A DNA stretch of 64,000 bases from an uncultured Chloroflexia bacterium (GCA_963784375.1 CAWAQY010000005.1:11896-75895); one strand, 5' to 3'. Positions 29,644-41,972 are shown, counted from the stretch's first letter. The notes: generated from the sequence alone by a model not told the origin. A program made the numbers and translations.

Positions 29644-30755
29644 CCACCCAGGCCAAATTTACCCTTTTTAGATTTGCCCCTATCCCTGAATATTTCATGC
29701 TGGGGCAGCGTTTTTGCCAATTCCTCAAACAATTTTTTCTGTTTTTCATTCAAAGATTGTGGAGTTGCTATAAGTACCTGCACTAACTGGTCACCCTTTC
29801 CTTTGCCATCAGGTCGGGCAATACCCTTTCCTTTAAGCTGAAATACCTTTCCGTTTTGGGTGCCCGGTGGTATTTTTAATATTGTTGTGCCCTCGAGGGT
29901 TGGCACTTCTATATTTGATCCAAGAGTAGCCTGGGCAACATTAATTATCAACTCGCAAAGTACATCATTACCCTCTCTGACAAAAATACTGTGCGGATCA
30001 ACAACAAAAGTTATATAAATATCACCCTTTTGGCCCCCATAAATGCCGGCATGGCCTTCGGCACTGAGCCGCATTCGGTAGCCTTCATCCACTCCTGCAG
30101 GAATTGTAACTGATAGTTTGCGTTTTGCTTTTACCCGGCCATCACCTCTACACTCAGGACACGGGTCTATGATTGTGGTCCCTTCTCCCTGGCACTTCGA
30201 ACATGTAGTAACCTGGACAAACCGCCCAAAGAGGCTCTCCTGAGTGCGTCTCACCTGCCCGGTACCACTGCATTCAGGGCACTTTTGGGGATTAGTACCA
30301 GGTTTACTCCCAACTCCATGACATAATGAACAATTCTCCACTCGCCCAACTTCGATTTCTTTCTCTACCCCAAACGCAGCTTCCTCGAAGCTAAGCTTTA
30401 GTTTTACCTGTAAATCAGAGCCTTTCTTGGGAGAACGGCTCTTGGTAGTAGTGGTTGATCCGCCGAAGAAAGCATCGAAAATATCCCCAAATCCACCGAA
30501 ATTAAAGGAATCAAATCCACTTTGCCATTCAGAAGTACCTACTTTACCAAACCGGTCGTAGGAAGCCCGTTTTTCAGCATCACAGAGAACTTCATAAGCC
30601 TCATTAACTTCCTTAAATTTCTCTGTGGCTTCAGGGTCACTATTATGATCGGGATGACACTGGAAGGCTAACTTTCTGAATGCCTTTTTTATTTCCTCGG
30701 TGCTGGCATTTCTGGGAACACCGAGAACATCGTAATAATCTCTTTCACTCCGCAT
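29640..30755 (-). CDS. dnaJ: Chaperone DnaJ (J domain, G/F region, four CxxCxGxG repeats)
   Basis: Start ATG 30755 gives [40 protein letters not shown] and CPECRGDG are present. The ORF-track N-terminal extension to 30866 is spurious. Confidence 0.9.
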   Translation of the reverse strand: MRSERDYYDVLGVPRNASTEEIKKAFRKLAFQCHPDHNSDPEATEKFKEVNEAYEVLCDAEKRASYDRFGKVGTSEWQSGFDSFNFGGFGDIFDAFFGGSTTTTKSRSPKKGSDLQVKLKLSFEEAAFGVEKEIEVGRVENCSLCHGVGSKPGTNPQKCPECSGTGQVRRTQESLFGRFVQVTTCSKCQGEGTTIIDPCPECRGDGRVKAKRKLSVTIPAGVDEGYRMRLSAEGHAGIYGGQKGDIYITFVVDPHSIFVREGNDVLCELIINVAQATLGSNIEVPTLEGTTILKIPPGTQNGKVFQLKGKGIARPDGKGKGDQLVQVLIATPQSLNEKQKKLFEELAKTLPQHEIFRDRGKSKKGKFGLGG

Positions 30756-30842
30756 TGTTTTTCTCAAACTTACAGTATAGTCAAAAGACAGACAACCTGA
30801 CAAGTTTTGTATTTGTCTGGATAGCAACTCTTGATGTAATAT

Positions 30843-31428
30843 GTGGCCTTCGCTATGAATGAACATCTCAAACGTAATCTGTCCACTCGTGTGAAGAAAA
30901 CGCTCACTGACAAGAAGCTAAAACCCGCTGCTGTCCTGGTTCCCCTGTTTTACGATGGGAACGAATTCCATATCTTATTAACCAGAAGAAGTGAAAATGT
31001 ACCTCATCATAAGGGCCAGATATCTTTCCCCGGAGGCCAACCTCATAAGAAGGACTCAGATTTGCTACAAACTGCGCTGCGCGAGAGCTGGGAGGAAATA
31101 GGGTTAAAACCCGAGGATGTACAGGTTATCGGTGAGCTGGATGATACTCCCACCTTGACCTCCGGTTTCATTATTACGCCTTTCGTAGGTATCATTCCTT
31201 ATCCCTATTCATTCAAGCTAAATCTTCAGCGAAACCACCGAGATATTTGATGTCTCACTGTCAAAATTAATGGATAACTCCGCTTATCAAAAGCAAGCTG
31301 TAGATGCTCAGGGCATAATGCAAGAAGCCTATGTCTGCCCAGGTTTTACAATCTGGGGTGCTACAGCTCGTATTATCAAACAGCTTCTGGATACTATTAA
31401 AAATGGGGGCGGAACCAGTTCAGGGTAA
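30843..31428 (+). CDS. NUDIX hydrolase (CoA pyrophosphatase-like), frame break ~31215-31235
   Basis: Nudix box [31 protein letters not shown]. After ..SFKLN the sense continues in another frame (..[34 protein letters not shown]..) to TAA 31426-31428. Confidence 0.7.
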
Positions 31429-31585
31429 ATTCGCCGCCTTAAACTTCTTTATCACCATAGACTCCACTGTCTACCCGGTCTAATTTGCCTTTAGCCAAAT
31501 TCAGTTTAAGATCTTGCCATCTCACTAAATTTATCAAAATTGTTCATATAGATTAACATATTATTTTAACTATCTTAATCTCAAT

Positions 31586-31614
31586 TTGACTATATAGCTA
31601 ATGTCCAGTATAAT
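31586..31614 (+). promoter_or_regulatory. Sigma-70-type promoter candidate for the cbpA-like/hspR/clpC genes
   Basis: TTGACT (31586-31591), a 17-nt spacer, then TATAAT (31609-31614), 39 nt upstream of the ATG at 31653. Confidence 0.45.
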
Positions 31615-31652
31615 GAACCTTACAGTAAACACGTTATATAAGGACTGGAAGT

Positions 31653-32651
31653 ATGCCAAAAAAAGACTATTATAATACCCTGGGGATAGGCCGAAGTGCT
31701 TCCGATAAAGATATTAAGCAGGCTTACCGCCGGCTGGCGCGAAAACTCCATCCAGACCTTAACCCGGGCAATAAAATTGCCGAAGCCAAATTTAAGGAAG
31801 TTAATGAGGCTTACGAAGTTCTTTCCGATCCCGGGAAAAGGAAAAAGTACGACCAGTTCGGAGATAACTGGCAAAATGCCGATCAATTTTCGCAGGCCGG
31901 TCAAAGTGCTCAGAGTGGTTTTGGCCGAGGGGGAACCCAGACAACATACGAATACGGTGACCTGGGTGATTTGAGCAGTATTTTTGAAAACCTGTATCAG
32001 GGATTCGGAACCGGCGGGACATTTACAGGCCGCAAGCCCAGTAAACCTAAAAGCTTTCAACAATTCATAGAAGTCACCCTTGAGGAAGCCAATCAAGGTA
32101 CCGCGCGAATGTTCCAGCTCCAGAGTGAAGAAGCATGCCCAGCGTGTGGAGGTACGGGAAGATCTGCCAGGATGAGGGGCAGAGCCTGTGCCAGTTGCGG
32201 CGGTTCGGGCAGCATGCCGAGGACAAAACGTATTGAGGTTAAAATACCTCCTGGTGTCAATGATGGGTCTAAAATACGCCTCGCAGGGCAGGGAAGTCTG
32301 GGCCCCGATGGTACCAAAGGTGACCTGGAACTTATCGTGAAGATGATACCGAACAAAACGTTTCTACGCAAAGGTGACGACATTTACACTGAGGTACCGG
32401 TACCTTTGTTCACAGCCGTTCTCGGGGGTGAAGTGGAACTACCTACCCTGAAAGGTAAGGTAGCCCTTAAAATACCGGCTGAAACTCCAAACGGTAATGT
32501 ATTTCGCCTGGCTGGAAAAGGTATGCCGCATTTGGGCAACATATCTCAGCATGGCGACCTGTTTGCCAAGGTTAAAATCGTTTTACCAGTGCAATTAAGT
32601 CAAAAGGAAAAACAACTTTTTGAACAATTAAGGACTCTTCATGCTGAATAA
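31653..32651 (+). CDS. DnaJ-class co-chaperone, CbpA-like (J domain, one reduced Zn-finger segment)
   Basis: Contains [22 protein letters not shown]...CASCGGSG and DnaJ C-terminal domains. Confidence 0.8.
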   Translation: MPKKDYYNTLGIGRSASDKDIKQAYRRLARKLHPDLNPGNKIAEAKFKEVNEAYEVLSDPGKRKKYDQFGDNWQNADQFSQAGQSAQSGFGRGGTQTTYEYGDLGDLSSIFENLYQGFGTGGTFTGRKPSKPKSFQQFIEVTLEEANQGTARMFQLQSEEACPACGGTGRSARMRGRACASCGGSGSMPRTKRIEVKIPPGVNDGSKIRLAGQGSLGPDGTKGDLELIVKMIPNKTFLRKGDDIYTEVPVPLFTAVLGGEVELPTLKGKVALKIPAETPNGNVFRLAGKGMPHLGNISQHGDLFAKVKIVLPVQLSQKEKQLFEQLRTLHAE

Positions 32652-32682
32652 AGGATAAAAGGTGATTTTGAAGGTATAAAAT

Positions 32683-33027
32683 ATGGCTACTGCAAATTCG
32701 GAACCACGATATGTTATAAGTATCGCTGCCAGAATAGTGGGAATAGAAACACATACCCTTCGTTATTACGAAAGGTTAGGGCTGGTACAGCCGTATCGAT
32801 CTGAGGGAAACATCCGGTACTATTCTGAAAGTGATATCGCACAGCTTCGCCACATCAAGGCGCTGATGACTGACCTTGGTGTCAATCCGGCAGGGGCTGA
32901 GGTAGTGGTACATATGGCAAAAAAAATGGCTGAAATGCAAAAACAAATAGAAGAACTCACAGCAAAACTGGAACAGATAAAGTTGGCAAAGGCAGCCACG
33001 GGAAAACAAAATAAGAGTAAAAGCTAA
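32683..33027 (+). CDS. MerR-family heat-shock regulator (HspR/CbpM-like)
   Basis: YVISIAARIVGIETHTLRYYERLGLVQPYRSEGNIRYYSESDI is a MerR HTH. The gene is positioned after a dnaJ paralog and before clpC. Confidence 0.7.
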   Translation: MATANSEPRYVISIAARIVGIETHTLRYYERLGLVQPYRSEGNIRYYSESDIAQLRHIKALMTDLGVNPAGAEVVVHMAKKMAEMQKQIEELTAKLEQIKLAKAATGKQNKSKS

Positions 33028-33028
33028 C

Positions 33029-33310
33029 ATGATTCAAGCAAAAGCAGATAGTAAACCGGCAGACTGGCAAATAACTGCCACAACCCTTAACTGCGAAAGT
33101 ATTCATGAGGCTGTGACATTGATGGTAGATAGAGACTGGACCACCCGATGTGCCTGGTACCGCCGGTATAAGCAGAAAGCTTTGGAAAATAAAAAACAGA
33201 AATTCGAACGGAAAATAAAACTTAAATTAGCCGAATGCGCTGGACCCGATTGCCCTTTAGCCATTAGCTACAGGGACAAGTTGATTAAAGAAGAATTCGG
33301 CACTAAATAG
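33029..33310 (+). CDS. Hypothetical 93-aa Cys-containing protein
   Basis: The ORF is tightly packed between hspR-like (stop 33027) and clpC. No family recognised. Confidence 0.4.
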   Translation: MIQAKADSKPADWQITATTLNCESIHEAVTLMVDRDWTTRCAWYRRYKQKALENKKQKFERKIKLKLAECAGPDCPLAISYRDKLIKEEFGTK

Positions 33311-33321
33311 GAGAAATAACA

Positions 33322-35781
33322 ATGATGCGACCTGAAAAATTTACCGAGCAGGCAAGGGAAGTCATTGGAGCTTCACAGGAACTTGCCGTAGGTTATCGAC
33401 ATAGCCAATGGGATGTGGAACATCTATTTTTAGCTTTATTGAAACAAGAGGGTGGTATAGCTAAACAGGTATTCCAGAATTTAGGGATAGATATAGATGC
33501 TTTAAAAGGACGGGTACAATCTCTTCTGGACAATGTGCCCCAGATAAGCCAACCGAGCACTCAAATTTATGCCACTCCCAGGATTGCCAGCCTTATGCAG
33601 AATGCTGCCCGTGAAGCAGAGCAATTTAAAGATGATTTCATTAGCGTAGAGCATTTATTGATTGCTCTGGCAGGTGAAAGCAGTGGCGAGACAGCAGGTA
33701 TATTAAGAGAGTTTGGTATTGAAAAGGAAAAGATTTATAAGGCCGTTAAGGAAATACGGGGCGGACATCGGGTTGAAGATCCCCGAGCTGAAAGCAAATA
33801 TCGTTCACTGGAAAAATATGGTCGTGACCTTGTAGAACTGGCCAGGAAAGGCAAATTGGACCCTGTCATCGGCCGGGAAGACGAGATAAAACGCGTCATG
33901 CAGATATTGATTCGACGGACCAAGAATAACCCTATTATTATCGGTGAGGCCGGAATAGGAAAAACTGCCATTGCTGAAGGTTTAGCTGAAAAAATAGCTG
34001 TGGGGGACATTCCGGATTCACTCAAGAATAAAAGATTGATCGCTCTCGATATGGCTGCGCTGGTCGCCGGCAGCAAATTCAGGGGTGAATTTGAAGAAAG
34101 GCTTAAAGCCGTAATGGACGAAGTGCGCCAGTCCAATGGTGAGGTAATCCTGTTTATTGATGAGATGCACACTGTTGTAGGCGCCGGCGCTGCAGAAGGT
34201 GCGATTGATGCCAGCAATATGCTAAAACCGGCACTGGCACGTGGTGAACTCAGATGCATCGGCGCTACCACTCTGGATGAATATCGCGAACATATTGAAA
34301 AAGATAAGGCATTGGAACGGAGATTGCAGCCGGTATTTGTCGATGAACCCAGTATTGAATCTACTATTGAGATGCTGCACGGTCTGCGTCCAAGATATGA
34401 AGCTCATCACAAAATCAAGATCGATGACTCTGCCCTCACCGCCGCTGCGCAATTGAGTCAACGGTATATTTCTGACCGGTTTCTACCGGATAAAGCTATC
34501 GATCTGATTGATGAAGCCGCAAGCAAAATACATATTGATATGGAAAGTAAACCGGACAATCTGAAGAAACTGGATAAAGAGATAAAACAACTTCTAAACG
34601 AGGAGGAATCCGCTGCGCAACAGGGCAACTATCAGAAAGCTGCCGAAATAAAGGCGGAGCGCATGCGATTAACTCCAGAATACGAGCAGCAAGAGGCTGC
34701 ATGGCGCAAGGAGCTTAAGATAGATAAACCCGTGGACGAGGACACTATTGCTGAGCTGGTCGCCAAATGGACCGGTATACCGGTTGCCCGAATGTTAGAA
34801 GGTGAAGCAGCAAAACTGCTTCACATGGAAGAAAGATTACATGAGAGGATTGTAAACCAGGAAGAAGCTGTTTCGGCTATTTCTGAAGCCATAAGACGCG
34901 GAAGAGCTGGCCTTAAAGATCCTAAACGTCCTGTGGGCAGCTTCATCTTTCTTGGACCCACAGGGGTAGGCAAAACTGAGCTGGCTAAATCTTTGTCTCA
35001 GTTCCTTTTCGATAATGAAGATTCGATGATACGCATTGATATGTCCGAATATCAGGAAAAACACACGGTATCCCGTCTTGTCGGCGCTCCTCCAGGATAT
35101 ATAGGATATGAAGAAGCCGGGCATTTGACAGAGGCGGTGCGGAGGCGTCCGTTCCGGGTCATCCTGTTCGATGAAATTGAAAAGGCTCATCCTGACGTTT
35201 TTAATATTCTTCTCCAGATACTGGAGGATGGCAGGTTAACCGACGGACATGGTAGGACTGTGGATTTCAGAAACACCGTAATTATTATGACCAGCAACCT
35301 TGGCACTGAGGAATTTCAGCGCCAGGCTATCGGGTTTGCTCGTCAGGAAAAACAGGAACAGGGCGAATATAATAGAATGAAAGGTTCGATAGACACTGCG
35401 TTGAAACGCACATTCCGTCCCGAATTTTTAAATAGGATTGATGATATAATCATCTTCCATCCTCTTACTGAAGAGCAGTTAAAGAAGATTGTGGTCCTGC
35501 TGATTGCTGAAGTGCAAAAAAGGATAACTGACCGCAACATAGTCCTGGAACTCGATGATAAAGCAAAATCATGGCTGCTCAAGGAAGGTTTTGAGCCAGC
35601 GTTTGGTGCTCGGCCCCTGCGCAGGGCTATTCAGAAATATATTGAGAATCCTATATCGAACAAGGTTCTCAGCGGGGAGTTTAAAGATGGTGACCGCATT
35701 TTTATCAGCGTCGAAGGTACCGGACTATCTTTTAGCACTAAAAAGAAAACTAAAACCGCTGTAGCTAAAAAAGATAAATAA
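33322..35781 (+). CDS. clpC: Clp/Hsp100 AAA+ ATPase, ClpC-type (short UVR-like middle domain)
   Basis: Contains Clp_N repeats and two AAA modules ([16 protein letters not shown]). The linker between them is short with a [17 protein letters not shown]-like motif instead of the long ClpB M-domain. An AIGF loop is present. Confidence 0.8.
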   Translation: MMRPEKFTEQAREVIGASQELAVGYRHSQWDVEHLFLALLKQEGGIAKQVFQNLGIDIDALKGRVQSLLDNVPQISQPSTQIYATPRIASLMQNAAREAEQFKDDFISVEHLLIALAGESSGETAGILREFGIEKEKIYKAVKEIRGGHRVEDPRAESKYRSLEKYGRDLVELARKGKLDPVIGREDEIKRVMQILIRRTKNNPIIIGEAGIGKTAIAEGLAEKIAVGDIPDSLKNKRLIALDMAALVAGSKFRGEFEERLKAVMDEVRQSNGEVILFIDEMHTVVGAGAAEGAIDASNMLKPALARGELRCIGATTLDEYREHIEKDKALERRLQPVFVDEPSIESTIEMLHGLRPRYEAHHKIKIDDSALTAAAQLSQRYISDRFLPDKAIDLIDEAASKIHIDMESKPDNLKKLDKEIKQLLNEEESAAQQGNYQKAAEIKAERMRLTPEYEQQEAAWRKELKIDKPVDEDTIAELVAKWTGIPVARMLEGEAAKLLHMEERLHERIVNQEEAVSAISEAIRRGRAGLKDPKRPVGSFIFLGPTGVGKTELAKSLSQFLFDNEDSMIRIDMSEYQEKHTVSRLVGAPPGYIGYEEAGHLTEAVRRRPFRVILFDEIEKAHPDVFNILLQILEDGRLTDGHGRTVDFRNTVIIMTSNLGTEEFQRQAIGFARQEKQEQGEYNRMKGSIDTALKRTFRPEFLNRIDDIIIFHPLTEEQLKKIVVLLIAEVQKRITDRNIVLELDDKAKSWLLKEGFEPAFGARPLRRAIQKYIENPISNKVLSGEFKDGDRIFISVEGTGLSFSTKKKTKTAVAKKDK

Positions 35782-35845
35782 ATACCAGGCTTAATAGAAT
35801 AACCTTAGAGACCTCGGGAAAGTAGAGAAGAACAGGAGGATAAAG

Positions 35846-36055
35846 GTGCCTAAAGAGAGAAGTTGGTTGGTTGCATTGCTTTTGTCTATCTTCCTCGGCT
35901 ATTTGGGAATAGATCGTTTTTATATCGGCAGGACTCGTTCTGCAATCGTTAAACTGATTACCCTGGGTGGCGTTGGCGCCTGGTGGCTCAGCGATATTAT
36001 TCTTATTGCTGCCGAATATCGAAAAGATGCCTGGGGAAGACCTTTGAAACATTAG
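35846..36055 (+). CDS. TM2 domain-containing membrane protein
   Basis: LGYLGIDRFYIGR plus two TM helices. Confidence 0.7.
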   Translation: MPKERSWLVALLLSIFLGYLGIDRFYIGRTRSAIVKLITLGGVGAWWLSDIILIAAEYRKDAWGRPLKH

Positions 36056-36327
36056 ATGGATTGAGTATTGGACATGGAAGTTACTTCCATCGGCACATAG
36101 AGAAAAATATCAATGCTCCAATCACCAATATTCCAATTGAAATTATTATCCACCATTCATTTATAAAACTTTCCATATCTTAATTCTACACTCTATTTAC
36201 TACTATTTTTCACCGGTTTTGTCAACCGCTGCTTGCATCTTATTTGAAACAGTTCCATACTATTTAGCTGAATTATAGCATTTCTGATATTATAACGTAA
36301 ATTAGACTCAGTAAGTTTTTCCTCGGT

Positions 36328-36353
36328 GTCACCTCAGCGAGGTGACCAATTTT
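36328..36353 (+). terminator. Possible stem-loop with a trailing T-run
   Basis: GTCACCTC-agc-GAGGTGAC followed by caatttt. It lies 270 nt after the TM2 gene and 35 nt before the next start, so its role is unclear. Confidence 0.25.
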
Positions 36354-36386
36354 CAATGCTAATGAATTCGGGAGGGTAATAAAACT

Positions 36387-36828
36387 ATGAAATTCAGCGA
36401 AGGACGCATTGGCAGAGTTTTTATTCTCAGGTTGGAAGATAAAGATAAAATTCCCGAATGTATTGAGCAATTTGCCGATGAGACATAAAATATCTGTAGG
36501 ACATGTAGTTATAATAGGCGGGATTGGCAGCGGTGAGGTTGTCTCGGGCCCTAAGAATTCTAATGAAAGTCCTCCCCAACCCATCGTTTTACCTGTGGAT
36601 GGTGCCCATGAGGTTTTGGGAGGGGGAATACTGGCTCCCAATGAAAAAGGCAAGGCTGAATTGCATTTACACGCAGCGCTGGGAAGAGCAGGTGCTACGT
36701 TAACCGGATGTTTAAGGCAGGGTGTCTCAACATGGTTGGTGGGAGAGGTTATAATCTATGAAATCCTGGGCACAAATGCCGAGCGAATTATGGACACTAA
36801 AAGTGGATTTCGTCTTTTGAAAGTCTGA
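36387..36828 (+). CDS. PPC/DUF296-domain protein, frame break ~36475-36490
   Basis: ATG 36387 follows GGGAGGG and gives MKFSEGRIGRVFILRLEDKDKIPECIEQFADE. This joins ORF 36409..36828 (..ISVGHVVIIGGIGSG...HLHAALG..). Confidence 0.55.
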
Positions 36829-36852
36829 ACTTTATAGCGGAATAAGTATTTT

Positions 36853-38331
36853 CTAGGTTCCGAACATCTTAACAGCAGCTTCTGCTAATGCCACAAACCC
36901 GCCGGGAATAACTCCAAACAGGAAGACGGCAACGCAACATAAGCCCAGCGCGATTCGAAGAGCAATGGATGACGGAACTTTCTCTTGAGACGACGGTTCG
37001 CCAACCCACATTACCTTGACTACCTTTAAATAATAGAAAGCTGAAATAACGCTATTTATTACGGCGATAATAACAAGCCAGAGCAAGCCATGCTGCACGG
37101 CACCGCTGAAGATATAGATTTTAGCAATAAGGCCGCCGGTTGGCGGCAAACCGATCAATGAGATCAGACAGAAACTTAACGCCAGGGTGAGCAATGGTGC
37201 TCTCTTTATCATACCGGTGAAATCGCTGATTTCGTCAGTTTTAATTTTATTTGTTATGGCAATAATTGCGAAAAATGCACCGAGGTTAGTCACCGCATAA
37301 CTCATAAGGAAAAATGCTAATCCGCTTCGCCCGGCAACTATTTCAGCATTCGCCGTTATTCCAACAGTGGCCAGACCAACCAGAAGATAACCTGCTTGAG
37401 CGATACTGGAGTACCCGAACAACCGCTTGATATTGCTCTGCATCAGCGCCGCAACATTACCAACGGTCATAGTAATCGCGCTGAGCACGGCAATTAATAT
37501 TCCCCAGTCAACACTTAACCAGGCTGGTTGTCCAAAAAGAGCCAGCATAACGCGGGTAACCACCGCAAAGCCGGCTGCTTTGCTGGCCACAGAGAGATAG
37601 GCCGTTATCGGCGTGGGTGCTCCTTCATAGACATCGGGTACCCACATGTGGAAAGGAAAACTGGCTATCTTGAAGCCGAAACCCGCTACAATGAGCACAA
37701 CCCCTGCCAGCAGGGCCGGATTTTGAATAATACTTTGAACAGGTAATGACCTGATAATATCCGCAGCACAAACCATGCAGGTCTTGCCGGTAAGACCATA
37801 GATAAATGTCATCCCATAGAGAAGTACGGCCGAAGCAACAGCCCCCAAAAGCAAATATTTCAGTCCGGACTCGGTAGATTTACTGTCTTTCAAGAAACTG
37901 GTCAATACATAAAGGGAGATACCGGTCAATTCCAGAGCTACAAATATCGTAATCAAATCAGCGGCAGCGGACAATAGCATCATGCCCAACGCCGAAATGA
38001 GCAGCAGGGCATAATATTCACCCTGAAAATTGTTAAACTTCTGGACATAGTCCTGAGAAGCTAAAATCACCAGGATGGCCGCAGCCGCGAGCAACAGTTT
38101 AAAGAAAAGAGCAAAGCGGTCGACAGCCAGCATGGCAAAAAAGATATCTGTAGAAGGAATGTTCCACATGGAAAGAGAAAACCCGGCGGACACAATCAAA
38201 CCGGCAATACTTACATAAGCCAAAATCTTTTTCTGCCGTATGAACAGGTCCAGCAGAATTACCACCAGGGCAAAAACGAGGATGGTAAGCTCTGGTGCCA
38301 GTAAAGGAAATTCACTTATTATTGATGACAT
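36853..38331 (-). CDS. nuoN: NADH-quinone oxidoreductase subunit N
   Basis: 492-aa polytopic antiporter-like subunit, the last gene of the nuo string. Confidence 0.85.
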   Translation of the reverse strand: MSSIISEFPLLAPELTILVFALVVILLDLFIRQKKILAYVSIAGLIVSAGFSLSMWNIPSTDIFFAMLAVDRFALFFKLLLAAAAILVILASQDYVQKFNNFQGEYYALLLISALGMMLLSAAADLITIFVALELTGISLYVLTSFLKDSKSTESGLKYLLLGAVASAVLLYGMTFIYGLTGKTCMVCAADIIRSLPVQSIIQNPALLAGVVLIVAGFGFKIASFPFHMWVPDVYEGAPTPITAYLSVASKAAGFAVVTRVMLALFGQPAWLSVDWGILIAVLSAITMTVGNVAALMQSNIKRLFGYSSIAQAGYLLVGLATVGITANAEIVAGRSGLAFFLMSYAVTNLGAFFAIIAITNKIKTDEISDFTGMIKRAPLLTLALSFCLISLIGLPPTGGLIAKIYIFSGAVQHGLLWLVIIAVINSVISAFYYLKVVKVMWVGEPSSQEKVPSSIALRIALGLCCVAVFLFGVIPGGFVALAEAAVKMFGT

Positions 38332-38335
38332 CTGA

Positions 38336-39828
38336 TTATAAACCTATCAATTTAACTATGGGGACGATACCCATCTTTATTACATTAGTAAGAATTGCCG
38401 GATAGATGCCGACTAACAAAATGGCGAAAACAAAAGAAAAAATACAGACCTTCTCAACTTGTGTCGGCATCAGGGACGCCTGCATATTTCTCTATCGGAG
38501 CGCCATAAAAGACTCTCTGCAGCATCCAGAGTATGTAGCCGGCGGTGAAGACAATCCCAAACACGCCAAGAAGTGTGTAAATCTGGATTCCGGCAAATGC
38601 AGTGCTTGAGAAACAGCCGATAAAGGTAATGAACTCGGCAATAAAGCCACTGGTTCCCGGCAATCCCAAGCGATGCCAATCCGGCAATACTAAAAATGAC
38701 TGTGATGACGGGCATTTGCCTGGCGAGACCACCGAGCGTGGTCATATTTCGATTATGAGTTTTGTCATAAACGAGGCCTACCATAGCAAACAGAAGGCCT
38801 GTAATAATACCGTGGCTGAACATTTGAAGTGCAGCTCCGGTGAGGCTGATCTCAGTCAAGGCAAATATACCCAGCAGGACATAACCCATGTGGCTGACAC
38901 TGCTGTAGGCTATTAAACGTTTCAAATCTGTTTGCCTCATGGTGACCGCAGCACCATACAGGACACCAATGATTGCCAGAGTTACAAGCAATGGGGCAGC
39001 CTGTCTGGCAATATCGGGCAGGATACTGACACATAAGCGAATCATGCCGTAGCCACCCATTTTAAGGAGTGCTCCAGCCAGGATAACGCTCACCGCAGTA
39101 GGGGCATCGGTATGAGCATCAGGCAGCCAGGTGTGTAACGGAAACATGGGCAATTTAATCGCAAATCCGATAAACAACAGGAAAAACATTCCCGCGAGTG
39201 GAATAACTGGTTTGGCCAGAGCCAGCTTTGAACCCACCTCCATCATGTTCAGACTGCCGGTAGTGAAATAGACGGTGAAAATTCCAGCCAGCATCAGGGC
39301 GCTTCCGGTAAGCGTGTAAATAACATACTTGATAGATGAATATTCTTTTCTGCCGCTACCCCAGACTGAAATCAGGAAATACATGGGCACAAGCTCCAGT
39401 TCCCAGAACAGGAAAAACAGGATGAGGTCCAGCGAACAAAAAACACCCAGTATGCTTGTTTCCAGTAATAATAACCAGATGAAGTATTCCCGCGGTCTCA
39501 GTTGAATTTTCCATGATACCAGCACGGCAAGGACACCGAGGAAGGTCATCAGTATAACCAGCGGTAGACTTAAACCATCTACACCGAGATGGTAAAAACT
39601 GTTGATGGCAGGTATCCAGGGAACTATTTCTTCAAATTGGATTTTGCCTATAGCCCCGTTTGTACGATCGAAAAGACAAAAAACAGCAATCGATACCGCA
39701 AAGGCAGCCAACGCCGCAACCAGAGCTGTTAATTTGATTGCTTTTGTTTTGTCCTTGGGCAACAAAGCAATAACGACCACCCCCAGTAAGGGAAGTCCAA
39801 GTATGATCGTTAATAAATACGAGTTCAA
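38336..39828 (-). CDS. nuoM: NADH-quinone oxidoreductase subunit M, two frame breaks (~38655 and ~38455)
   Basis: ORF 38470..39828 degenerates after ..GLASLG. The sense continues in ORF 38454..38732 (PGTSGFIAEF..), then by hand in a third frame (QVEKVCIFSFVFAILLVGIYP..KLIGL*) to TAA 38336-38338. Confidence 0.85.
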
Positions 39829-39839
39829 ACTAGTCTACC

Positions 39840-41778
39840 TCAAGCAAATATAATCATACAGATAGCAATCGCTACAATGCCAAATGCAATGGTCATTGCG
39901 TATACCTGCAGCTGACCGGTTTGTACTTGACGCAGGGCTCTGCTTGCTCCTCCGGTGCTCTGCGCAACACCATTCACGGCACCATCAACTACCCGGGTGT
40001 CGAAGAAAGCAAATGCTCTGAAAATCCCATCGACCAGCACCTTCTTGACGATAATATTTTCATAAAGCTCATCCAGGAAATATTTCCGCGAGAAAAGCAC
40101 ATATAATGGTTTAAATATGCGGCCCACGGCTTCAGCTGAAATCCATTTAGCACCGTACATTGCATAAGCCAGAAGAATTCCACAGATCGCTACAGCCAGG
40201 GATAGCAGTGGTATCGGATGAGCCAGTACACCAAAGAAACCTTCAATAAAACTATGCGGTGCTTCTGCTCCAGCGCCTCCGTGCCCCATGAAAGCACCAA
40301 AACCTCCGGTTATATTGAGAAACCCTGAGAATACAGACGGGATGGCCAGGAGTACCAGCGGTATGACCATTACTCTGGACGATTCATGCGGAGTTTGATG
40401 AGCCCCTGCGGCACCGTGACTGCTGTGGGCATGCTCAGCAGCGGTACCACCCCTGTATTTGCCTGTAAAGGTGAGGAAAACAGCTCTAAACATGTAGAAA
40501 GCAGTCATAAACACGGTAATCATTGCCAGCGCAAAAAGCGTTGGATTCTTCAGTGCCGAAGCAAGAATTTCATCCTTGCTCCAGAACCCGGATAACGGCC
40601 ATATCCCGGCCAGGCTAAGGGACCCGATCAGGAAAGTGACAAAGGTCCAGGGCATCATCTTGCGCAATCCGCCCATCAGCCTCATATCAAATGTGCCGGT
40701 GCTGTGGTTAACACTGCCGGAACCAAGGAAAAGCAGAGCTTTAAAGAAAGCGTGGTTAAACAGGTGGAATATACCGATTGCAACACCACCGGTACCCAGA
40801 CCCAGCATCATATATCCAAGCTGGCTGATAGTGGAATAGGCCAGCACGCGTTTTATGTCGTTCATGACCAGGCCCATGGTGGCAGCAAATATAGCGGTAA
40901 TGCCTCCGATTATGGCCACAGTGTTCATTGCTTCCAGTGAATGCTCGAACAATGGATACATTCGAGCCACCAGGAATACTCCCGCTGCCACCATGGTTGC
41001 AGCATGGATAAGTGCACTCACCGGAGTTGGGCCTTCCATGGCGTCGGGCAGCCAGACATGAAGGGGAAACTGGGCTGATTTACCCATTGCGCCCATGAAA
41101 ATACCCATGGCAACCCAGGTAAGTACCACTCCTCCCAGGGTTCCTGCTGCCACAAGCGCGTGTAATTCCTTGATATCGAAAGTGTGCGTCTGGGTAAATA
41201 CAAGCAGAATAGCAGCCAGAAAACCAAGGTCGCCGAAACGGGTTACGATAAATGCCTTTTTAGCTGCATTGGCCGCGGATGGACGATGAAACCAGAAACC
41301 AATAAGGAGATAAGAACCTAAACCTACCCCCTCCCAGAACACAAACATCATGAGCAAACTTGAAGAAGTAACCAGCCCGAGCATGCAGCCGGTAAATAGA
41401 GACATAAAGGCATAATAACGGTGATAGCCGGGATCGCCATCCATATAGCCTTGAGAGTAGATTTGAACCATCAGGCTGACGCCGGTGACTACGACCAGCA
41501 TTATTGCTGTTAGTGAATCTATCAGCAGACCTGCGCTGAAGTTCATAGTGCCGACGGTTAACCATGGTATGCTTGCTATCTCCAGCACATGTTCTGGAGC
41601 CCTTATGACTTCGACAAGCACCCACAGGGACAGAACAAAAGAGATACCGATTGCGGCTATAGTTACATAGCCGCCCAGTTTGGGACGATCGATTGAAAAA
41701 TGGCCTCAGGATAAAAGCAATAATTACCAGCGACAGAAAAGGCAATAATACTATTATCCAGGGAATCTGATGTGGCAT
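39840..41778 (-). CDS. nuoL: NADH-quinone oxidoreductase subunit L, frame break ~41620-41690
   Basis: The N-terminus MPHQIPWIIVLLPFLSLVIIAFIL (ORF 41260..41778) joins ORF 39840..41621. The protein is polytopic and antiporter-like. Confidence 0.85.
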
Positions 41779-41972
41779 TAGAGTTTTCTTAAGACCTCCT
41801 CGACAACATGCACTCTTTTCCTGGACACCATGATGCGGTATGAGGACAATTCTTTGGAGGTGTAGTTACCCGGCTCCCGCAAAAGCTTTGTCGGTATCCC
41901 CTCACCTTCGAAAAACTCCTTCCACATTTCGGCTATTATTAAATTGGTTGCGCTTTTAACTTGAACCCACAT
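41778..41972 (-). CDS. Small DUF2007-like (putative signal-transducing, ferredoxin-like fold) protein inserted between nuoK and nuoL
   Basis: 64 aa: MWVQVKSATNLIIAEMWKEFFEGEGIPTKLL...RIMVSRKRVHVVEEVLRKL. The pattern (V.V....n..eA......Le..GI......V.V......A..iL) resembles DUF2007. Assignment by eye. Confidence 0.45.
   Translation of the reverse strand: MWVQVKSATNLIIAEMWKEFFEGEGIPTKLLREPGNYTSKELSSYRIMVSRKRVHVVEEVLRKL

Noticed and set aside
31440-31652. An HspR operator (HAIR, CTTGAGT-N7-ACTCAAG) or MerR-type 19-bp-spacer promoter upstream of the cbpA-like/hspR genes. The dnaJ upstream region (30756-30842) was also checked.
   Set aside because: No convincing match was found by eye. Only an imperfect AAACTT...AAGTTT repeat is present upstream of dnaJ.
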